Shown here: piece after piece, positions 37,273 to 46,366 of the stretch
Numbering within the stretch: the stretch's first letter is position 1
How the letters are laid out: the number at the start of each line of letters is the position of its first letter
DNA from: Candidatus Moraniibacteriota bacterium
Lineage (GTDB): Bacteria; Patescibacteriota; Minisyncoccia; CAIUEV01; JAHKAQ01
Assembly (NCBI GenBank): GCA_014729445.1
Contig: WJJX01000108.1
Coordinates: forward strand, 1 to 46,405
Direction of reading: 5' to 3'
DNA length: 46,405 bases
The notes under the pieces: generated by a model
The model's input: the letters and a program-made list of their open reading frames with translations, nothing else
Databases searched by the model: none
Told to the model about the DNA's origin: nothing
Position numbers and translations under genes: made by a program

Positions 37273-39030
37273 TCAAAAAAATTTCAAAACATCCTTACTC
37301 TTCCCTCCTCTTAACCCTCTCTTGTAACTTTCCAACTTATCAAAAGTTCCGTAAATGACGGCCAGACAAAGCCACATCGGCATAAAAAATATTCCGGAAT
37401 TAAACCAATTGGCAACAACAAGACCGATAATTACCATAACAATCATTTGATTATAAATATAAAGTTTATGATAATTCGATTCGCCTTCAATGATGGAAAT
37501 TCGCTTGATTTCTTTCACCAGTCTTTTCTCTCTTCCCGACAAATATTGCAGATTTCTTATGATAAGACGCGATAATAACAAAACAAAAACAACCAAACCG
37601 CCCAAACCGGCGGAAATCCACCACTCCCAAAACACATTACTGGCATTGTACAAATAATCCCTTCTTGCCGTTGTCGCTCCCTGGCCTTGTCCCAAAATCG
37701 GACTTTGTTTAACCAATTCCCAATTGGAATCATAAACGCTCTCTCTTATTTCTATATTTTCGTCACTTATCATTTTCTCAACCACTCGATAACCCAATTT
37801 TTTATAATACTCTATCTCCTCCAAATTGATCTTAAACGATTCATCGCCCCGCTCGGCAACCGTTATAATATGCTCTCTGGTAAAAATACTGACGAATCGA
37901 TCGTTTAAATTAAAGCGGGTTAAATTAAAAACCAAAACCGATCCCAAAGCCAAACCGAAAATAACTAAACTCATCAAAAAAACAAATAAAGAATTAAGAA
38001 AAACCTTAAAATTGATCCGTTTGAAAAACAAACTCAAAATTGAAAAAATCAAAAATCCCCCAAACATTAAGATAACACTCACCCAGGCCGCTCGAGCGAC
38101 ACTAATAATAAGCGTTATAAAGGCCAAATAAAGGATAATCATAATCCAAACCGGCGCCACCCTTACATTCAAAAATTCCAACAGCGCTTTTTTATCCAAT
38201 CGATTTTTCTCTTCCAGATCAAAGCTTTCCTCTCTTTTCTCCTCTTTTTGAAGCTGTTTTTTGAAGCTTGAAAACTGATTCAGTAAAATCGGCACCACAA
38301 GCGCGATTAAAAAAACCAGATACATCCCCAACCAATCCGGCTCGAAAAAAGTGCCATTTGGTCTGGCAGCCATTATCTGAAAACTTTCCAATCCTTTTTC
38401 AAAAGCAACATTTTGATAAATGGAGAAAGCAAGAATCGGAAAAGAGGCAAAGATAAAAGCTTTAACTACTCTCTCTAAACCATATTTTTTGCTTTTTATC
38501 CACCAGTAAATTAGGAAGGTTATAAAAACAACCAAAATAAAAACAATTGTCTGTTTCAAGGAGTAAGAAAAATTATAGGCATTGAACAAAGCGATAAAAC
38601 TAAAAAGAACCAAAAGCCCAAGTAAAGTCAGAAAATATCTGCCCTCGGCATAAACCGCTAAAACCTCTTTTTTTAAATTAAACCAATAAAATCTAAACCA
38701 GCTGAAAAATTCCTTAAGCTTTGAATCTCCCCATTTACAGGTTCGACAATGGTTTTTTCTGATGAGCCTGATGAGACGATAAATCAATATGAAAAAGATA
38801 AAAAAGCCAACCCAGTGATAAATTCGAAATCCCAAAATTTCTATAATATCCACACAGGAAAAAGCGGTTAAAAAAATGATCATCCAGCTCTGTGAAACAA
38901 ATAACATGGTAAAGACCGCGGTCAAAGTCAAAAAACTAACAATTTCACTTTCGAAAAATCCCAGCAGGTAAAAAATCAAAAGAAAAAGCAGCAGTAAATT
39001 AACAACAATGTAAGGAATTTTTCTTCGCAT
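37273..39030 (-). CDS. O-antigen ligase/Wzy_C-like membrane protein (start moved to ATG 39030)
   Basis: RPNGTFFEP, SVARAAW, PILGQG motifs and many TM helices; the longer ORF start falls inside tRNA-Leu. Confidence 0.78.
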   Translation of the reverse strand: MRRKIPYIVVNLLLLFLLIFYLLGFFESEIVSFLTLTAVFTMLFVSQSWMIIFLTAFSCVDIIEILGFRIYHWVGFFIFFILIYRLIRLIRKNHCRTCKWGDSKLKEFFSWFRFYWFNLKKEVLAVYAEGRYFLTLLGLLVLFSFIALFNAYNFSYSLKQTIVFILVVFITFLIYWWIKSKKYGLERVVKAFIFASFPILAFSIYQNVAFEKGLESFQIMAARPNGTFFEPDWLGMYLVFLIALVVPILLNQFSSFKKQLQKEEKREESFDLEEKNRLDKKALLEFLNVRVAPVWIMIILYLAFITLIISVARAAWVSVILMFGGFLIFSILSLFFKRINFKVFLNSLFVFLMSLVIFGLALGSVLVFNLTRFNLNDRFVSIFTREHIITVAERGDESFKINLEEIEYYKKLGYRVVEKMISDENIEIRESVYDSNWELVKQSPILGQGQGATTARRDYLYNASNVFWEWWISAGLGGLVVFVLLLSRLIIRNLQYLSGREKRLVKEIKRISIIEGESNYHKLYIYNQMIVMVIIGLVVANWFNSGIFFMPMWLCLAVIYGTFDKLESYKRGLRGGKSKDVLKFF

Positions 39031-39051
39031 AACAAAAATATTAACGCCTAG

Positions 39052-39136
39052 TGCCACAGGAGGGATTTGAACCCTCACGTCCCTAAAGGACACTAGCCCC
39101 TCAAGCTAGCCTGTCTACCAATTCCAGCACTGCGGC
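39052..39136 (-). tRNA. tRNA-Leu (anticodon GAG), CCA not encoded
   Basis: Acceptor GCCGCAG/CTGTGGC, anticodon arm CTAGC-TTGAGGG-GCTAG, long variable arm, GGTTCAAATCC T-arm. Confidence 0.96.
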
Positions 39137-39166
39137 TCACAAAGAAACTAAATCAAAATTTCCTAT

Positions 39167-39667
39167 TTATTGGGTTTCTTTCTTATCCTTTGTTTGGCTT
39201 TTTTCTTCTTTGGCCTTATCTGCTTTTTGGCTGTGCTTTTTTGAGGCCTGCTCTTTTTTTGCTTCTTTCCCGATTTCTTTTGATGAATCAGCTTTTTTGT
39301 TTTCTTGTGACGACTTTTGTTGGAATTCTCCTTCGGTTTCAGCCTCCAAAAGCTCGTCGTTTTTTTCAATTAATCTGGAATCTTTTCCCGATCTTTTTCT
39401 TAAATAATAAAGTTTCGATCTCTTAACCTTATGTCTTTTTAAAATTTTGATTTGCTCCACCAAAGGAGAATTAAGTGGAAAAATGAATTCAACACCTACT
39501 CCGCTTGCCATCTTTCTAACGGTTATCGTAGCGCCCTTTTCGTTCCCATGCTTTCTTGCAATGACTGTGCCCTCGATTACCTGGATTCTCTCTTTGTCCC
39601 CTTCTTTAACTTTTCTATTAACTCTCACTTTATCGCCCGCTCTGATTTCATTTAAAATTTTAACCAT
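39167..39667 (-). CDS. rplS: 50S ribosomal protein L19 with charged C-terminal extension
   Basis: GDKVRV..KVKEGDKERIQ..EG, TITVRK..SGVGVE, KVKRSKLYYLR. Confidence 0.96.
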   Translation of the reverse strand: MVKILNEIRAGDKVRVNRKVKEGDKERIQVIEGTVIARKHGNEKGATITVRKMASGVGVEFIFPLNSPLVEQIKILKRHKVKRSKLYYLRKRSGKDSRLIEKNDELLEAETEGEFQQKSSQENKKADSSKEIGKEAKKEQASKKHSQKADKAKEEKSQTKDKKETQ

Positions 39668-39886
39668 ATCAATTAACTAATATTTATCTTCTATTTAAGA
39701 TTAACAGCGTAATGCCTGTAAATTTTCTTTATCTTCCCCTAATAATAGAGAATACTCTTGGGAAGTCAAGGTTTAAGTTGAAAAAATGCAAATAATCCGA
39801 ACCCCCAGGATTGCAAATTTTTCAAAAAACATGCAAAATTAAATTGCTTATTTCGACAATTCTTAAATAAACATTAGCTTCAACAA

Positions 39887-41230
39887 ATGAACGAAAATAT
39901 ACTCAGAAAAAAAGCCTTAAAATATCATCGTCTAAAAGAGAAACCCGGTAAAATCGAAATTAGCCTCACCAAACCTTCCAAAACCCAGGCCGATTTAAGC
40001 CTGGCCTATACCCCGGGTGTCGCCTATCCTTCTCTTGAAATCGCCAAAAAAAAACAAAATTCCTACAAATACACCAACCGAGGCAACTTAATTGCCATTT
40101 TAAGTAATGGAAGCGCCATTTTGGGACTCGGCGACTTGGGACCAGAAGCTGCCTATCCGGTGATGGAAGGCAAAGCCCTGCTTTTTAAAAATTATGCCGA
40201 CATTGACGCTTTTCCTTTGTGTATCCATGGCCGAAAAAACTCCCAAACCTATCAAACCCATCCCGCAAAAATCATCGAATTCGCTAAAGAAATAGCTCCA
40301 TCTGTTGGCGGTATCAACTTGGAAGACATAAAAGCTCCGGAATGTTTTGAAATTGAGGAAGAACTGACCAGAAAATTGGATATTCCGGTATTTCACGACG
40401 ATCAACACGGAACGGCCATCATTACCGTTGCGGCTTTGATTAATGCCTTAAAATTAACTGGCAAAAAAATAGACAAAGTAAAATGCGTTTTCTCCGGAGC
40501 CGGAGCCGCCGGTATCGCAACCGCTAAACTCTTTTTAGCCGCCGGTGTTAAAAAAAAGAACTTGTTTCTCTGCGATTCTAAAGGTGTAATTTACAAAGGC
40601 AGAAAAATAGGTATGAATGCCTATAAAAAAGAATTCGCCATCAGCACAAAAGCGCGGAGCTTAAAAACGGCTCTCAAGAATGCCGACGTCTTTATAGGCG
40701 TTTCCCGAAAAAATCTTTTGCGGCCTTCCATGGTCAAATCTATGGCCAAAGACCCGATTATCTTTGCCATGGCTAATCCCTGGCCGGAAATTATGCCGGA
40801 TCTCGCCCGACAAAGCGGCGCTTTTATCATTGGTACTGGCCGCTCTGATTTTCCCAACCAAATTAACAATGTTTTGGGCTTTCCAGGACTTTTCAGAGGA
40901 CTCCTGGATACCCGCGCTAAAATCATAAACACCGAGATGAAACTGGCCGCCGCCAAAGCCCTTGCCGATTTAACCGAACAGGCCGTCCCGCCTAAAATCA
41001 AAAAACACTTTAAAAAAGCCTATCCAAAGGATTTTAAAAAAGGCATCTTTAATGCCAAAAATCCTCTTAATCAAGACTACGTTATCCCAAAACCCCTGGA
41101 CCCCAGAGTGGTTCCCTTGGTCGCCCAAAAAGTGGCAAAAGCCTCAATTGAAACCAAAAGCGCCCGAAAAAAAATCGCCAGTCTTAAAAAATACCGAGAA
41201 TCAATAGAAAAAAGAATTCAAAATCTCTAA
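39887..41230 (+). CDS. NAD(P)-dependent malic enzyme
   Basis: LAYTPGVA, VMEGKALLFK, INLEDI, FHDDQHGTA, GAGAAG, AMANP, GRSDFPNQINN. Confidence 0.95.
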   Translation: MNENILRKKALKYHRLKEKPGKIEISLTKPSKTQADLSLAYTPGVAYPSLEIAKKKQNSYKYTNRGNLIAILSNGSAILGLGDLGPEAAYPVMEGKALLFKNYADIDAFPLCIHGRKNSQTYQTHPAKIIEFAKEIAPSVGGINLEDIKAPECFEIEEELTRKLDIPVFHDDQHGTAIITVAALINALKLTGKKIDKVKCVFSGAGAAGIATAKLFLAAGVKKKNLFLCDSKGVIYKGRKIGMNAYKKEFAISTKARSLKTALKNADVFIGVSRKNLLRPSMVKSMAKDPIIFAMANPWPEIMPDLARQSGAFIIGTGRSDFPNQINNVLGFPGLFRGLLDTRAKIINTEMKLAAAKALADLTEQAVPPKIKKHFKKAYPKDFKKGIFNAKNPLNQDYVIPKPLDPRVVPLVAQKVAKASIETKSARKKIASLKKYRESIEKRIQNL

Positions 41231-43731
41231 TTTTTATACCGCTTTTTTATCTCTTCATACCATTTTTCTGGCTCTGAAACATTTTTCAATATCAATTCGG
41301 CCATTGTGCTGCCGGTGGTATTAATAATCACATTCCCGGTTTTAAAAATCTGATTTAATAAACCTTTGTCTTTTTCAATAAAATCGATTTTATCAAAAAT
41401 AATCGAGGTCTGTTTTTTATAAACCAAACCCCTCCTGTATAAAACTCTGTCTTCCTGAACAAGGTAAGTTCTTACTTTAACACTCAAAATAAACAAAATA
41501 ATAAAAAGAAAGCTCAAAATCAGGATAGAAAACGAAACAAAGGCCACCTTCACAAAAATTAAAACAAGCGAATCAATAATAATAAAAAACAATAAAATGC
41601 CTAAAATGGAATTTACTAGATGCGGGCTTCCTTTCAGCACAAAATCTTTTCTCGGTTCTCGATCAAATTCCAGCTCTTTTAAATCAAGATTCGTTTTGAC
41701 TAAACCTAAGCCCAGAATGTAATCAACCAAATCGTCTTTGGTGTCTATATTTTCGACAAAAGCAAAATTAAATCCGTTGGAAACCAGACTCACCGACTTT
41801 TTAGAACCCTGCTTTCTAACCAGTCGCTCTCCGACCAGGTTGAAACTAATCTCGCCCATCTTGGAAAAAGGATATTTTTTAGTCGTTATATCCTTCACGT
41901 TCTCCAAAAGCGAAAAATAATAATGCTTAAAAAATATCCCTTTTTCAAATCTTAAACTATCCTTGAAAAAAACCAGACTCATCTTTTTATAATAGAAATG
42001 GCGATAAACAATTATAATAAGCAATAACACCAAATAAGCGACTAACAGCACCGAAAAAATCGATCTTGCCAACTCAAAACCTTCAAGCAATTCGCCCTCC
42101 AGTCCAAAAGAGAAACCAAAACTTACCAAAAGGAAGCCAAAACAAACTAATAAAATCAAATACTGAAAAAGATAAGCCCTAAATTCATTGCCTAAACTAT
42201 ATTTGGATCCGATTTTATGACTCTTCTCCAACTGTCTGATTCCAACTTTTAAAAGCAATTTCTGGACTGTTTTTTTATCTGCTCGAATGTTTCTTAAAAT
42301 CAAAGGCTGATTCGATCCAATCGAATTAAATTCAATCGTCAAGGTTTTAAACCATTTATCAATGAAATTTTTTTTTAATTCAACCGAGGTTATTTTTTCA
42401 AAGGAAAATTCTATCTTTTTATTGCTCAAAAAATTGTAAGCCTGTTCGATTTTACTGGACTTTACATAGTAAGTTGTTGCAAATACGGGAATTATCCCAA
42501 CCAGGGAAGAGGTAACAAAAACCACCAAAACCGGCAAAAGACCAGCCAAGGCAAGCGGCACAAAAATAATCAGGGGAATGAAAATCAAAACCACCCCGCC
42601 CAAAATCAGCAAAAAACCGAAAAGAGATCGGAACGGCTGCATTTTAAATTCATCGATATAATTTTTATCATAAATATTTTTGATGGTCGATTTTTCCTTG
42701 TTTGATTTAGTCTCGCCTTTGGTTTTGCTTTCTGATTCAAGTTTGTCCTTCGCTTTAAGCGATTTCCGCTCCGCCCTGTTTATCAGAGAATCTAAAACTT
42801 CGTTCATTTCTTTGCCTTTTCTTAAATTTTTGAACAATATTTCGCTATCTCCGCCCTGGCAGCTTAATTTAACGTCGTAAATTCCGAAAATCCGACTAAT
42901 CAAAGATTGATCCAAATTGGAATCAGAAAGATTGCTAAAAGGAATAAAAGCATAGTTCTTATTTAAAAAACCGTCTTTATAAACAATCACGTCTTCGTAA
43001 ATAAAATATTTTCTTTTCAAAAGATCCAAAAAAGCTATGAATTGTCTCAAAATCGAATAAACAAAAACCGCCAAAATAATCAAAACAAAAGAACCGAGCC
43101 TTGTCCAATTAAAATCGACTGCTTGAGAGATATGGATATCCGCTACAAATTCTCCCAAAAAAAAGACAATAAAAACTAAAATCCCCAAAATATTTTTGAA
43201 AACCTCGAATAAAACTCCAAGAATTACCGGTTTATCCCTAAATTTTAAACTTTTCCTGCTGAGCTCAAAACCATTTTTTTCCATCAATGCGCTAATTTGT
43301 TTGTATTTTTGACTGGTTTTATCTACGGATTCCAAAAAAATCTCGCTGGAGGCGGAACCGGCCGACTCGACCCTGACTCTTCCGGTTTTGAAAACGGCAT
43401 GTTCAATAAAAGGAAGCCGCATTTTGACATGGGTAATATTTTTAACCAAAAGCTCTGTCTCAGAATCCGAAAATAAATTTCCGCCTTTTTGAACAATTCT
43501 ATCTTCTAAAAAAACATACTCTCTTTTCGAAAAAGCGACCAATGAGTTAATCAAATTAAAACCACTGGCCAAAACAAAAATAGAAACAACCAAAGTCCAA
43601 ACCAAAAAAGAATCAAAAAATATAGTCAAAATAAAGCCAATCAACAAAAAAACAAAAAACAAAATTAAAACAGCTAATAAATTCCTCTTAATCAAAAAAG
43701 CAGCTTTTTGAGGTTTAATCATTTTTTGCAT
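41227..43731 (-). CDS. Membrane protein with five tandem bacterial PH (bPH_2, YdbS/YdbT-like) repeats
   Basis: Five units of a TM hairpin plus Y.....DR....G......I...I......FKTG.V.I...G. Confidence 0.75.
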   Translation of the reverse strand: MQKMIKPQKAAFLIKRNLLAVLILFFVFLLIGFILTIFFDSFLVWTLVVSIFVLASGFNLINSLVAFSKREYVFLEDRIVQKGGNLFSDSETELLVKNITHVKMRLPFIEHAVFKTGRVRVESAGSASSEIFLESVDKTSQKYKQISALMEKNGFELSRKSLKFRDKPVILGVLFEVFKNILGILVFIVFFLGEFVADIHISQAVDFNWTRLGSFVLIILAVFVYSILRQFIAFLDLLKRKYFIYEDVIVYKDGFLNKNYAFIPFSNLSDSNLDQSLISRIFGIYDVKLSCQGGDSEILFKNLRKGKEMNEVLDSLINRAERKSLKAKDKLESESKTKGETKSNKEKSTIKNIYDKNYIDEFKMQPFRSLFGFLLILGGVVLIFIPLIIFVPLALAGLLPVLVVFVTSSLVGIIPVFATTYYVKSSKIEQAYNFLSNKKIEFSFEKITSVELKKNFIDKWFKTLTIEFNSIGSNQPLILRNIRADKKTVQKLLLKVGIRQLEKSHKIGSKYSLGNEFRAYLFQYLILLVCFGFLLVSFGFSFGLEGELLEGFELARSIFSVLLVAYLVLLLIIIVYRHFYYKKMSLVFFKDSLRFEKGIFFKHYYFSLLENVKDITTKKYPFSKMGEISFNLVGERLVRKQGSKKSVSLVSNGFNFAFVENIDTKDDLVDYILGLGLVKTNLDLKELEFDREPRKDFVLKGSPHLVNSILGILLFFIIIDSLVLIFVKVAFVSFSILILSFLFIILFILSVKVRTYLVQEDRVLYRRGLVYKKQTSIIFDKIDFIEKDKGLLNQIFKTGNVIINTTGSTMAELILKNVSEPEKWYEEIKKRYKN

Positions 43732-43753
43732 AAATATGATGAAAAATTTTTTA

Positions 43754-44959
43754 TTATTTAGCTTCTTTAACTATATCAAATACAATCCGGCCAAATTTAT
43801 CAAACTTATTTTGAATAAAGTTCAGATCATCTTCATCCATTAAATATATAATATCGCTAATTGTTAATTTCATAAAATTTTCCTGCGCATCAGAAGATTC
43901 TCTTTGTTTTTGACGAAGCTTCGAGAGTTTTTCGTTTTCCATTATTTTTGCTTTTAGGATATCTTGAATCAAAGAATTTAATAAATTGCTGGTAAAAGCA
44001 TAGCCCTTTTGATCTTTTTTCATAAACCAAGAGCCTAGAAAAAATCTTTTATCTTGAGAAATCGAAGCCCAGTCAGATAAAAATTCAAAAGCCTCTTTGG
44101 AACTGCTCATCTTAATTCCCCTAGCTTCAAGTTCTTTATTCAATTTACTCCAATCTCTTTGACTCCTACCTGAAAATCCAAACTCTGTAAACAAAATACC
44201 ATGAGCTAATTCATTGGCTTCAATACAAGTATTATAAGTTGCTTGATCAAAATCTTCCCATAAAGGATTCCGATCAGTTAGCTTTTTTATTTCCTCATAC
44301 TGCTGGTTCAAATGCGCCCTGTTTACAAAAGAGAGCCCAAAAATATTTTGACCACTCGGCAAAAAATTGGATTCATTCACATAAAACAATTCTGTTTTTT
44401 GGTCAAGCACCCCTTCTTCTTTAAAACAATGCACTAAACCGGCATAATCTGAATAATTAACCTCTTTTCTCCCTTTTTCTTCAATTTCAATAAAGGCATC
44501 CCCCCCTAGATTGCGATAAAGAGTATTATAAAATTGACCATTTCTAGCAAAATAAAGAATCAAATCATGCAAAGCCGTATTAAATCGATTTTCCCCCATC
44601 GAAGAGTGCACTAATCCATTCAACAATTTAAACAAAGTATCATCTGGAGCCTGCTTAGAATATTTATTAAATTGAGTTATAGTCGAAGCTATTATGTCAT
44701 AAGTCAAACTTTCCTCAGTTTCATTTGCATCTAAATCCGAAATAGTAAACTGTGTTTCATTTACCTTTCTTGCTATAAGACTTACAAACCTCCTTGTTTC
44801 TTCATGAACTTCACCCTCCTTTGCCAAAACTTCCCCGACTTTTGATCCCCCGCTACTCCAAAAATATAAAAATGCAAACGCAAAGTTTCGCAAAAAATCC
44901 CTTCTTGACATTGAAAAATCCTCTTCTTTATATTCCTTATGTTCATAAGGATTTTCCAT
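43754..44959 (-). CDS. Hypothetical protein with twin-arginine-like N-terminus
   Basis: 401-aa ORF, SRRDFL followed by a short hydrophobic stretch; NELAH motif. Confidence 0.7.
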   Translation of the reverse strand: MENPYEHKEYKEEDFSMSRRDFLRNFAFAFLYFWSSGGSKVGEVLAKEGEVHEETRRFVSLIARKVNETQFTISDLDANETEESLTYDIIASTITQFNKYSKQAPDDTLFKLLNGLVHSSMGENRFNTALHDLILYFARNGQFYNTLYRNLGGDAFIEIEEKGRKEVNYSDYAGLVHCFKEEGVLDQKTELFYVNESNFLPSGQNIFGLSFVNRAHLNQQYEEIKKLTDRNPLWEDFDQATYNTCIEANELAHGILFTEFGFSGRSQRDWSKLNKELEARGIKMSSSKEAFEFLSDWASISQDKRFFLGSWFMKKDQKGYAFTSNLLNSLIQDILKAKIMENEKLSKLRQKQRESSDAQENFMKLTISDIIYLMDEDDLNFIQNKFDKFGRIVFDIVKEAK

Positions 44960-45063
44960 AATTTTTTAAATTAATAAACTAATAACGAATATACCACTAT
45001 ACCACGTCATAGCGATAACGAACAACAAAACTCACTTTCGCTATTGCTACGGCCTAAGGAAGG

Positions 45064-45150
45064 CGGAGAGAGAGGGATTCGAACCCTCGGAGCCCGTGAA
45101 GGCTCAACACCTTAGCAGGGTGCTGCTTTCAGCCACTCAGCCATCTCTCC
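45064..45150 (-). tRNA. tRNA-Ser (anticodon GCT), CCA not encoded
   Basis: Acceptor GGAGAGA/TCTCTCC, anticodon loop CTGCTAA, long variable arm, GGTTCGAATCC T-arm. Confidence 0.96.
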
Positions 45151-45151
45151 T

Positions 45152-46276
45152 TTAAAGATATTTTTTCCTTTTCTTGTTTTTTTTAAGCTTTTCAATAATC
45201 GCTTTAACATCCTGACTCCTGCCCCTCGGACAAACCAGCAAAGCGTCTTTCGTATCGACTATTACCATATCATCTAATCCGATAGTTGCAACCATCTTGC
45301 CGCTTGTAGTGTAAACCAAACTATGCGTAGTATCCACCCCCATCCAGTTTCCCTTGACTAAATTGCCTTTCGAATCGGCTTTATTTAACATTCGCTTATG
45401 TAAATCGTTCCAGCTGCCCACATCGCTCCAGCCAAATTCACCCTTGATTATCAGAATATCCCTGGGCTTCATTTTTTCGGTTATCGCATAATCGATCATT
45501 GTTTTGGGAATTTTTCGAAAAATTTTCCCAATCAGCATCTGTTTTTTGGTTGATCTTCGACCTTTATAAACAATGCTCTTTTTATCTTTTTTCAGAATAT
45601 CTCTGATTTCTTCCAAAGGTTTGTAAACTTCCGGGGCGTATTTTTTAAAAGCCTCTAAAAACATCTCGGGAGTCCACATATAAAAATTGCCATGCCACAA
45701 ATACTCTCTTTTATCAAAATATTTTTGAGCGACCTTATAGGAAGGCTTTTCTTTATGACCTAAAAATTCATAGATTTCGATCCCTTTTTCCGTTCTAACC
45801 TGGGCGCCGATCCGGGTATAACCCAAAGCGGTTGAGGGATATTCCGGAACAATACCGATATCCAAAAGTTTGCCGGTTCTTTTAATCTCGGCTTCGGCAA
45901 TTTCCAAAGTCTGCAAAAACAAGTTATTGTCCTTAATATAATGATCCGAGGCCACAAAAGCCAAAGGTTCCGAAGGATCGTCAACGGATAAAACCGCCGC
46001 CACATAACCCATTGCCGCCGCGGTATCCCTCTTTTCGGGTTCCACAATGATATTTTGCACTTTAAAATCCGGCAGAATCTTTATCACGTTCTTATAATAT
46101 CCGGGAGTCGTTGAAATATAAATCTTGTCCAGCGAGTATTCTTTTTTAAAGCGATTCAATGTAATCTCCAACAGGGTTTTTTTTCCCATCACTTTGCTAA
46201 ACTGCTTGGGGCTGTTTCTCCTGCTCATCGGCCAGAGTCGAGTGCCGCTACCTCCGGCTAAAATGACGATTTTCAT
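45152..46276 (-). CDS. manC: Mannose-1-phosphate guanylyltransferase (no isomerase domain)
   Basis: ILAGGSGTRLWPMSR..PKQF, EPEKRDTA, SDH, EKP, WSDVGSW. Confidence 0.92.
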   Translation of the reverse strand: MKIVILAGGSGTRLWPMSRRNSPKQFSKVMGKKTLLEITLNRFKKEYSLDKIYISTTPGYYKNVIKILPDFKVQNIIVEPEKRDTAAAMGYVAAVLSVDDPSEPLAFVASDHYIKDNNLFLQTLEIAEAEIKRTGKLLDIGIVPEYPSTALGYTRIGAQVRTEKGIEIYEFLGHKEKPSYKVAQKYFDKREYLWHGNFYMWTPEMFLEAFKKYAPEVYKPLEEIRDILKKDKKSIVYKGRRSTKKQMLIGKIFRKIPKTMIDYAITEKMKPRDILIIKGEFGWSDVGSWNDLHKRMLNKADSKGNLVKGNWMGVDTTHSLVYTTSGKMVATIGLDDMVIVDTKDALLVCPRGRSQDVKAIIEKLKKNKKRKKYL

Positions 46277-46337
46277 AAGATTTTTTTTAATCTTTAAAAA
46301 TGGCTTAATTTAAACAAATAAGGCAAAAAGTGATTAT

Positions 46338-46366
46338 AATTTATCAAATTAACAGGAAAAGAGCAA
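46338..46366 (-). promoter_or_regulatory. Putative promoter of manC-tRNA-Ser
   Basis: Minus strand TTGCTC-17 nt-TAAATT with TGn extension, plus an overlapping TATAAT. Confidence 0.45.

Noticed and set aside
39031..39093. Extended N-terminus of the O-antigen-ligase-like ORF
   Set aside because: The start lies inside tRNA-Leu.
39163..39369. Lys-rich 68-aa ORF
   Set aside because: Alternative frame of the low-complexity rplS tail.
39668..39740. L19 leader RNA
   Set aside because: Only a partial CGCTG word and a weak hairpin; insufficient without a covariance search.
10..46313. Many short ORFs antisense to, or nested in, long genes (e.g. 10..360, 2175..2612, 8581..9060, 16727..17131, 40621..41001)
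   Set aside because: They overlap well-identified genes, show no recognisable motifs, and are expected shadow frames.
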